64,000 bases of DNA, from positions 64,001 to 128,000 of IMG/VR virus record IMGVR_UViG_3300032257_000479; one strand, 5' to 3'. Every line of letters starts with the position of its first letter. The first letter of the stretch is position 1. Shown here piece after piece: positions 57,191 through 64,000 of the stretch. The notes under the pieces were generated by a model. It was not told the DNA's origin, did no database searches, and saw only the letters and a list, made by a program, of their open reading frames with translations. Origin of the DNA: a virus. The position numbers and the translations under genes were made by a program.

Positions 57191-58336
57191 TTATATGTTC
57201 TCTTTTTCTTCTTTTATCTTACTTGTATATGCTTCGAATATATGAGAAGTGTATTCTGAAAGGTGTCCATTATCGCCATGTTGCGATCTTATATGATCTA
57301 TCGTATCACAATGAATAAAGTCTAAAGGAATACACGCCCCTCCTGAACCCTTTCTTCCACCCACACCTTTCTTTCCGAAAACTTTTGTCATAAACTCTTT
57401 TGTGTTAATAGCTAACAATCCACTTCTAAATGAAGCAACAAGTTTTTTCTCTGTCTTCAAACCTTCGTCAACAATAGCCATAACTACTGATGTTTCGATT
57501 GATTCAATTTCCAGTATTTCTTCACATATTTCTGCAACAAGAGATCTTTGTTGAGGTGTAATTATTCCAACATGAGCAACCGCTAAAGTGCTTGTTGTTT
57601 GTATTTGCTTGTAAGCCCTTTTTCTCAAGTCCAACAATGCAGAAGGCTTTGGGTAGTTGAATATTTTCAAATATCTCTCTAGGTCTATTTTTTCTTTAAG
57701 CCACCCGTAAGATGAATGATCATTCTCTGTGGTTCCCTCCGCCTTCAAGTCTGACGTGTCTGTATTTATCCCAAGATAAAGAGCTGTTGCCAATATTCTT
57801 CCAACCTTAATATCTAACTGGCTTATCATTTCACAAAGAATGGTTGAACACGCTCCATAAGGTCTTCTTAGGTAAGTGCTTGAAGCCTTTACATTTGAAT
57901 CGTGATGATCTATAACCAGGTCTGGCTCTTTATCTTTTTCAACAAAATGCTTTATGCTTGTGCAATTCTCTTTCTTAAAATTAGAAGTATCAACAACAAT
58001 AATAAAGCTTTGCTCTATTGCTTCTATTATTGATTCTCTTGACTCTTCTTCATCATCTTTATCTAATTTGTTTAAAGAAATATCAAGAACATTGATCATG
58101 ATTCTGTTTTGAGTATGACCAATCTCTCCTCCATAGTATATTGTTGCTGTCTTATCAAAGCTTTCAACAATATATTTAATAGCCATCGCGCTAGCTAAAC
58201 AATCAGGGTCTGGCTGGTCGTGGCATATAATTGATACAGAATCTTTTTCCGTATTTTTTATTAAGTCTATATATTTTGAATAATCAAATTCTTTTGATTC
58301 TGTTTTAGTTGACTCTTGAGTCATATCTTTCTCCAA
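57191..58336 (-). CDS. DHH-DHHA1 family phosphoesterase
   Basis: HD.PDPD, VVD, IDHH, GI.TDT, S.RS, GGR..SGG. Confidence 0.9.
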   Translation of the reverse strand: MEKDMTQESTKTESKEFDYSKYIDLIKNTEKDSVSIICHDQPDPDCLASAMAIKYIVESFDKTATIYYGGEIGHTQNRIMINVLDISLNKLDKDDEEESRESIIEAIEQSFIIVVDTSNFKKENCTSIKHFVEKDKEPDLVIDHHDSNVKASSTYLRRPYGACSTILCEMISQLDIKVGRILATALYLGINTDTSDLKAEGTTENDHSSYGWLKEKIDLERYLKIFNYPKPSALLDLRKRAYKQIQTTSTLAVAHVGIITPQQRSLVAEICEEILEIESIETSVVMAIVDEGLKTEKKLVASFRSGLLAINTKEFMTKVFGKKGVGGRKGSGGACIPLDFIHCDTIDHIRSQHGDNGHLSEYTSHIFEAYTSKIKEEKENI

Positions 58337-58410
58337 ACGGCAGCTTCTACTATATATGATTTTCGTCTTTCAAGCACTGGTGCTTAAACCTTGACACTCA
58401 ATATAATTAA

Positions 58411-59094
58411 CTACATTCGTTGTGATTCAGTATCCATCAAACTAGCAACCCGCTGTATCCTAGTTCTTTTACTTATATTTAATTCTTGAACAACGCCCTC
58501 TAGACCTCTTCTTTCCCATAATTCTGAATCAGAACACGAAATGATATCTATTGGACATTCTTTCTTAATAAACTTATACGCTTTCTTGAAATTTGCTAAT
58601 GTATGAGACTTATGTTCTAGATTGTCTCCATAGAAATCTGTTGTTTCTCCATATTGGCCATCCATTCCAAGGAGAACTAAGCACCCAGCGCCCATAGATA
58701 CGGCCAGTTGAGCAGCAAGAGCCCCTGTGCAGCCATGACCCCTAAGTCTGTTGGGAGTCACATCGAAGCTATACGCTCCCCTGTCGAGCTTAAATGAATT
58801 AAACTCGCTGTTGTCGTTAACCATATCTCTACACACTTTTATTGATGCCGATTTTCTTATATCTTCGATCCCATCATCCTTATACATTCCCCTATCCTGC
58901 CACATCAGTATCGTTGGATCAATGAGCTTGAAACATCTATTCATGCCTATAGTAAAACAGCCTTCTATTAATCCTAAATTTTGATCAATCAGTGATGGAG
59001 CATTTCCTATTAAAAAAGCAGGCTCTCCATTGAGAATATTTTTCCACTTCCTTAAATTATACTTTATTTCACTCATGACAACTTGCTTACCCAA
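58411..59094 (-). CDS. MptE-like/MAF (DUF115) Rossmann-fold protein, putative glycosyltransferase
   Basis: AF.IGN.PSL, TIG.NR, A.QLA..MG...LVLLGMD. Confidence 0.7.
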   Translation of the reverse strand: MGKQVVMSEIKYNLRKWKNILNGEPAFLIGNAPSLIDQNLGLIEGCFTIGMNRCFKLIDPTILMWQDRGMYKDDGIEDIRKSASIKVCRDMVNDNSEFNSFKLDRGAYSFDVTPNRLRGHGCTGALAAQLAVSMGAGCLVLLGMDGQYGETTDFYGDNLEHKSHTLANFKKAYKFIKKECPIDIISCSDSELWERRGLEGVVQELNISKRTRIQRVASLMDTESQRM

Positions 59095-59765
59095 TAAGCC
59101 CTATTGTAACAATGATTAGAACCAAGACTTTCAATTACTTTATTTAAGGGAGCATATTCAAATAAATCATTATCTTTTGAACAATTTATTATCTCTCTAT
59201 CATCCATGTTGTCAAAAGTTTCTTTTATCCATTCTAGTCCACCCCTACAATTATGTAAAGTATGAGCTTTATGGTGTCTGTTTCTTCCATAGAAATCTGT
59301 GTTTTGACCTCTCTTCTTTCCATCCATACCAAGCATTACAATTGGATTGCATCCCAAAATATAAGCCAGTTGAACAGCAAGAGGTCCAGTTGTGCCTGAT
59401 CCAAATAAGTGACCTGGATGCAAAGGTAGATCAAAGGCTCCTGTCTGTAATTTGTAATGAAAGAACCTGTTTTGTGGATCAGCAGTATTCCTGCAGACCT
59501 TTAAGGCGTTTGTCTTCATTATTCGCTTTCTTTCCGTGTACCACAATTCAATGTCTTGCCAAAAAAGAACCGTTGTATCCATTTTATAAAAAGCCCTATT
59601 GATCCCTATCGTAAAATAGGGGTTCAATAGGTCAAGATTTTCGTCTTCAAGCGCGGAAGAGTTCCCCAATATAAAAGCTGGCACACCCTCTAGTTTATTG
59701 TGCCATGATTTTATGCTTGTTTTATTCTTTACCGCAGAATATCTTATTTTTCTTTTTATAGCCAT
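59073..59765 (-). CDS. MptE-like/MAF (DUF115) paralogue
   Basis: Same motifs; clearly paralogous to 58411..59094 (WQD, KVCR, TDFYG.N..HK.HTL). Confidence 0.7.
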   Translation of the reverse strand: MAIKRKIRYSAVKNKTSIKSWHNKLEGVPAFILGNSSALEDENLDLLNPYFTIGINRAFYKMDTTVLFWQDIELWYTERKRIMKTNALKVCRNTADPQNRFFHYKLQTGAFDLPLHPGHLFGSGTTGPLAVQLAYILGCNPIVMLGMDGKKRGQNTDFYGRNRHHKAHTLHNCRGGLEWIKETFDNMDDREIINCSKDNDLFEYAPLNKVIESLGSNHCYNRAYWVSKLS

Positions 59766-59775
59766 TTAAAACAAT

Positions 59776-60402
59776 TCAGCCATTGGTCCAGTAATCCTCT
59801 GGACTCCATGCTTCTTTTCCTTTCAGGAATTTGTTCCAAGACTTAGGGTAATCGCTAGTCATAGCTATTCTTGAAAATTTAGAATAGACAGGGCTCCACT
59901 TCGGTTCAACTGGAACAGACAGCAGTTTGACTCCTGATTCAGAAGGAGTTCTGTCTGCTTTTTTTGAATTAACAGCGACTTCGCATATAACAACATTCTC
60001 CCAGTTATGAAGCCCGCCTCTAGACCTAGGAAAAACATGGTCTATAGTAGAGTTTTTTATGGACAACTTTTTTCCTGAATATTGACATCTAAAATTATCT
60101 CTAATTAAAAGATTTCTTCTATTCAACTTCACCTTCTTGTTCTTGAAATGAAAATGAGATTTCAAAACAAGTATTTCGGGAATGATCATATCGTTTCCAT
60201 TTGATACATGAATTGACCCCTCTCCCTCTTTGGGGTTCATAGATAACCATGATTCAAAATTATGAAGTCCGTAGTCTTTTGTATTTAAAAAGTAAGCATG
60301 TCCAGAACAAACTTTAACAATAGCCTTTTTGACAGAAAGAGCTGTTGTTGGGTTCCATTGACTATTCAGGACTAATACTGGTTTTGTTAGATTGCTCGTC
60401 AT
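59776..60402 (-). CDS. HNH endonuclease (McrA-like)
   Basis: VLVLN, R.N...RD...CQY, TIDHV.PRSRGG...WENVV, N..K..RTP. Confidence 0.9.
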   Translation of the reverse strand: MTSNLTKPVLVLNSQWNPTTALSVKKAIVKVCSGHAYFLNTKDYGLHNFESWLSMNPKEGEGSIHVSNGNDMIIPEILVLKSHFHFKNKKVKLNRRNLLIRDNFRCQYSGKKLSIKNSTIDHVFPRSRGGLHNWENVVICEVAVNSKKADRTPSESGVKLLSVPVEPKWSPVYSKFSRIAMTSDYPKSWNKFLKGKEAWSPEDYWTNG

Positions 60403-60925
60403 TTACTTTCTCTCTTTTTGCTTCAAGTGCTTCATGAAAAAGATTAATAAAATGTTCATTAATATCAACTACTGTTATTTTTATTTTAGGGGAATATTCC
60501 AACAAACATGTTGCCATTCTTTGAGCGACCTGTTTATTGTCCAACTGCCCTATCCCTGTTCCTAGCCCAGGAAATGCTATCGATTCTACGCCTTCGCTGA
60601 TGGCTTTATTGCAAGCAGATTTTATGGCTTTAAGTATATCATCTATGGAAGATTGAGTGCCCGGATACTTCATTGTTACAGCATGGTAAACACTTTGTAT
60701 CCCAAGATTCTTCATCATTCCTGATTCTGTCGTATATACACTGCCTGCTTCAAATGGACCGCTCAATTGAGCATACATTCTTACTTCCTTTTGAAACTTT
60801 TCTCCGCCTGATCTCGCAATTGCTCCTGCAACACCAGCTCCCATGACACCTATCCCATTAGCTGCGTTAACTATCACTTCAACATCTCTTAGTTTCGTTA
60901 TATCTCCAACAAGCGTGCGAATCAT
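60362..60925 (-). CDS. macrodomain (ADP-ribose binding/hydrolase) protein
   Basis: GDIT, IVNAAN, GAGVAGAI, SIAFPGLGTGIG. Confidence 0.93.
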   Translation of the reverse strand: MIRTLVGDITKLRDVEVIVNAANGIGVMGAGVAGAIARSGGEKFQKEVRMYAQLSGPFEAGSVYTTESGMMKNLGIQSVYHAVTMKYPGTQSSIDDILKAIKSACNKAISEGVESIAFPGLGTGIGQLDNKQVAQRMATCLLEYSPKIKITVVDINEHFINLFHEALEAKREKVNDEQSNKTSISPE

Positions 60926-61749
60926 GATTGTAGCATCCTTTGTAAGTCTTGGGCGTATTCTGGGTTTCTTTCCACTTTTTTCTTCAACCTTCTGATAATA
61001 TCCGCATGCATTTGACTTATTCTTGACTCAGAAAAGCCTGTGTTCTCAGCTATTTCTTTCATGGTTAAATTCTCGTAATAATGAAGGTAAACTATTTTTC
61101 TTTCAGGTTTTGTGAAATTCTTACCCAAAAGCTTTTTATACATCTCTTCTCTAAGCATTGTTGATCCAACTTTTTCAGTATTTGTTTCAGCAATCATGCT
61201 TCCTATTTCATCATAGTCATCTCCATCGCCTCCTGGCTTTGAATTCATGCTTGTTTGAGATACTGGTGTGGATTTTTCTAATAGCTCAGAAAATTCTTCT
61301 ATCGACATACCCATTTCTTTTGCGACCTCTTGATCGCTAACAATACCATCCAGAGCTTCCATTCTGTTTCTAATTTTTTTCATCTTGTTATTTCTTTGTC
61401 TAACAAGTCTGGGAACCCAATCTGACTTCCTTATATTATCAATAACAGAACCTCTAATTCTAATCGTTGCCCATGTTTTAAATTTAACATCTCTATTAGG
61501 GTCATATGAGTCGATTGCATCCATTAACCCATCAACACCGAATGAAGCTATTTCTGATGCTTCTATTTCTTTTAGCTTGTAAGACATTTTAGTGCTTATG
61601 TCTACAACTATTTGATAGTAAAATACCATCAAATCATTTCTTGCTAAAATATATTTGCTATTCGTATCAGGAAGGTCTCTTATCTTATTAAATTCTTCCC
61701 ATAGAATCTTTTCTCTCTGAGCTTCTTGCTCTTTGTCTAATTGCTGCAT
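60922..61749 (-). CDS. FliA/WhiG-family (sigma-28-like) RNA polymerase sigma factor
   Basis: GL.DAI..YDP.R.VKF.T.A..RIRG...D..R..DWVPR; L.YYE.LTMKEI.....SESR.SQ.H. Confidence 0.92.
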   Translation of the reverse strand: MQQLDKEQEAQREKILWEEFNKIRDLPDTNSKYILARNDLMVFYYQIVVDISTKMSYKLKEIEASEIASFGVDGLMDAIDSYDPNRDVKFKTWATIRIRGSVIDNIRKSDWVPRLVRQRNNKMKKIRNRMEALDGIVSDQEVAKEMGMSIEEFSELLEKSTPVSQTSMNSKPGGDGDDYDEIGSMIAETNTEKVGSTMLREEMYKKLLGKNFTKPERKIVYLHYYENLTMKEIAENTGFSESRISQMHADIIRRLKKKVERNPEYAQDLQRMLQS

Positions 61750-61761
61750 CTTCTACCCTTG

Positions 61762-62838
61762 TTAAAATGACGGTCTCTCTGAGCTTGCGTCATATATGTA
61801 ATCTTGATTGTTGGCTCTCACCCCATTTGGTGTATTGGGGAATCGAGCCACTTGTCTTTCCGTTGGAGCTAGATCGAATTTTCTTTTCTTCTCGCCGTTT
61901 CGTCTAACCTGTCTGATCATTTTCTTAGTTGTTCCAGATTGGACCTGATCAGCAATGCCAGGTTCTGCTCCTCTTCCATAGATGTGATCTCTAGCCTCTT
62001 GTGTAAGATAGTCTTTTGCTACCTCGTTTGTTTGTATAAGTTCATCAACTGATTTATTATTTCCTATTATACTGTATCCTAGATACACCAGTATGCCAAC
62101 AACAGCAACTGCAGCGATAGCAATTGTTATCCAACCAATCTGTGTCATATATAAAGACACGGCGATGGAAACACCAAGAGTTATAACAAATCCAACAGCA
62201 ATAACTGTAGCGACCATGCTTCTAGTAACAAAAGCTAAAATGATCGATGCTCCAATACCAAACACTGAAACAACGCCTATCCACGCCATCTTTGACTTGA
62301 ATTCTCTGGCTGCTTCATCTCTTAATTCTTGATTTTCTTGTTTTAAGTCTTCAACTTCTGAGACGGATGTTTTTGCTGCCGATTCCAATAAGTCAATTTT
62401 ATCTTGTTCCTCAGAAAGAAGGTTTCTAGTTTCGTCCAAATCTGACTGAATCGATTTTAATGCTTCGCTTGACACTCTCAAGTCTCTTGTTTCATTATCA
62501 ATGGCGTCCAGATTGGGTTTTATAACTGTGGCTATCTCTCCATCTGTGTTAGATCTTATTGTTTCGGTTTCATTGTCGATAGCATCCGCAGACTCCGCTA
62601 CATCCTCGGAAACTTCTTCTATGTCTTTTGCTGAATCTTTTATCTTATCTTTTCCTGCAGAAAGGTTTGGGACCTCAACAGCATCCCCTATGGTTCTGCT
62701 TTTATCTCTCTTTGGCCAAGACCAGGAGCAGCCTGACATCTGTATTAAGTAACCAGTTGAGCCAATCAACATTATCGCAATAAAAACAATTCTGTTTATA
62801 TTAATCTTGTTTATCTTCCAAAATTTCGGAATCTTCAT
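61762..62838 (-). CDS. putative lipoprotein with coiled coil and three C-terminal TM helices
   Basis: Hydrophobic stretch ending in MSGC; heptad-rich middle; three hydrophobic segments. Confidence 0.65.
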   Translation of the reverse strand: MKIPKFWKINKININRIVFIAIMLIGSTGYLIQMSGCSWSWPKRDKSRTIGDAVEVPNLSAGKDKIKDSAKDIEEVSEDVAESADAIDNETETIRSNTDGEIATVIKPNLDAIDNETRDLRVSSEALKSIQSDLDETRNLLSEEQDKIDLLESAAKTSVSEVEDLKQENQELRDEAAREFKSKMAWIGVVSVFGIGASIILAFVTRSMVATVIAVGFVITLGVSIAVSLYMTQIGWITIAIAAVAVVGILVYLGYSIIGNNKSVDELIQTNEVAKDYLTQEARDHIYGRGAEPGIADQVQSGTTKKMIRQVRRNGEKKRKFDLAPTERQVARFPNTPNGVRANNQDYIYDASSERPSF

Positions 62839-63154
62839 CCTCTTCTCCCTTGTCTGATTGTTCTATGGTATCTAACAATTGGTAAAACATCCATATTATT
62901 CCGGATGCAGCAAACCCTGTTAAAGGCCATAGGAAGTAATTCCCAGATGTAGCTATTAATAGAAATATATCTACGACAAGCGCTGACCAAAAGGCTGTGC
63001 AGACTGAGCATTCAAGCATGCTTGGCATTTTTGGGTGAACTGTCTTTAAAATATCTTCAATAATTGGGTTTATTTTAACAATGGGCCAATCTTCGCTTTT
63101 TTCAACGAGCACAAGAGCAAGACCTATTGCTGACAATATTGATATCCAAAACAT
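62801..63154 (-). CDS. DUF1360-like small membrane protein
   Basis: MLECSVCTAFW motif; three hydrophobic segments. Confidence 0.65.
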   Translation of the reverse strand: MFWISILSAIGLALVLVEKSEDWPIVKINPIIEDILKTVHPKMPSMLECSVCTAFWSALVVDIFLLIATSGNYFLWPLTGFAASGIIWMFYQLLDTIEQSDKGEEDEDSEILEDKQD

Positions 63155-63220
63155 AAATATTTATCCTATAAAGACACAATGGTATCTATTTTAGTACCAT
63201 ATAACAGAGATAAGTCCTTC

Positions 63221-63547
63221 TTACCTATTGGCTCTACCCATAACCTTTTCCCATTTAGATAGCTTTCTTTTCTCTGAATTAGGATGTTCTGCTTCCCACC
63301 TAAGATGCCTGAATCTAGTCATAGCAATCATTCTTCGGTAAATAATGAGGTTTTCCGGTTTATCTATAGGATAATCCTCCAGCCACCCCCATTCTTCTAG
63401 TTCATTCCAAATTATCAGAGATTCACCGCTAAGACTTGTGTGAGGATTATGATATGAGTCAATTATTTCCTCCATTGTTCGATTTGCTTCTTCCATAGAT
63501 TTTACTTTTAATTCCGACAATTTTGTTTCTGATATTGGCATGATCAC
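63221..63547 (-). CDS. hypothetical protein
   Basis: 108 aa; AAGGAG RBS. Confidence 0.7.
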   Translation of the reverse strand: MIMPISETKLSELKVKSMEEANRTMEEIIDSYHNPHTSLSGESLIIWNELEEWGWLEDYPIDKPENLIIYRRMIAMTRFRHLRWEAEHPNSEKRKLSKWEKVMGRANR

Positions 63548-63603
63548 TCTCCTTTAACTCCTTTATTATCGTCTAATTACAAAAAAAGAATATGGAATCA
63601 CAA

Positions 63604-63631
63604 AAGGACTCTTGAAAAAAATAACCGAAAA
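63604..63631 (+). promoter_or_regulatory. putative phage promoter AAGG-N16-ACCGAAAA
   Basis: Recurrent motif on the plus strand, just before the divergent gene. Confidence 0.5.
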
Positions 63632-63637
63632 AGAAGT

Positions 63638-64000
63638 ATGAACTGGTACCAAACAATTACGGCAGAGCAAAAAATAGCATTCGATTATCGAGGTTCTATA
63701 AAAGGGTTACTTGGCGGGGCCATTCTAGGAACACCGCTAGCTTTAATGATTATAGTTAACTCTCTTAACACAACACCTCAGCAAGCTCAGCAAATAATAG
63801 ATCAAGAACCTCAAAGGGCTCAGCAAATAATAGATCAAGCTCCAGATGAGATTGTCGAAAAATCACAACAAGAAATTGGGCCTGAAGAAAATATTAATAA
63901 TGAACCTGCTCAACAACAAGCCGCAGCAATATCAATAGAAGCTCTTGCTCCTTTTGTTGCTCAATGGGAAGGTAAAGAGCCTTATGCTTATGTTGATGGA
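63638..64000 (+). CDS. partial gene: MNWY leader, hydrophobic helix, Gln-rich linker, start of a probable GH24 lysozyme domain
   Basis: Open to the window end; ends ...FVAQWEGKEPYAYVDG, matching the E-G-x4-Y-x-D lysozyme motif; not in the ORF track. Confidence 0.7.
   Translation, partial: MNWYQTITAEQKIAFDYRGSIKGLLGGAILGTPLALMIIVNSLNTTPQQAQQIIDQEPQRAQQIIDQAPDEIVEKSQQEIGPEENINNEPAQQQAAAISIEALAPFVAQWEGKEPYAYVDG

Noticed and set aside
58372-58385. Short inverted repeat AAGCAC/GTGCTT as an operator
   Set aside because: Single short instance with no second copy noticed; could be chance
2-62752. Numerous plus-strand and nested ORFs in the six-frame track
   Set aside because: They are antisense or alternate-frame shadows of long, tightly packed minus-strand genes, with no motifs or RBS support
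1-64000. Alternative genetic code (stop codon reassignment)
   Set aside because: Known genes are full length under the standard code, and TAA, TAG and TGA all end genes at tight junctions

Overview
AT-rich, gene-dense 64 kb segment of a large tailed dsDNA phage (Caudoviricetes, probably jumbo-sized). Nearly all genes lie on the minus strand and use the standard code; one divergent gene starts at 63638. In transcription order (right to left) it contains: membrane/lipoprotein genes; a FliA/WhiG-type sigma factor; macrodomain, HNH, two MptE/MAF-like proteins, DHH phosphoesterase, AAA ATPase, class II RNR and dUTPase; a TIGR03790-like protein; the terminase large subunit; about 11 kb of acidic low-complexity proteins; a portal with a C-terminal DUF559/Vsr-type nuclease; a 1891-aa prohead protease/scaffold; a decoration protein; a short encapsulin-like HK97 major capsid protein; a tRNA-like RNA; glycosyltransferases and a subtilase; fibre proteins; neck proteins; an Acb1-like 2H phosphoesterase; PhoH; an actin-like ATPase; and head-tail joining proteins. 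The strongest unexplained pattern is a shared peptide grammar. Many unrelated proteins carry short aromatic leader motifs (MNWY / MWF / FNLxK) next to a recurrent K-x-A/S motif. This suggests a capsid cargo-loading and protease-release system that would package an anti-CBASS-like enzyme, a lysozyme and other cargo. Other notable items are a probable -1 frameshift at an A11 run, a DUF192-WYL fusion, unannotated small ORFs and a recurrent sigma28-like promoter. A Planctomycetota host is a tentative guess. All family calls come from motif recognition by eye, not from database searches.
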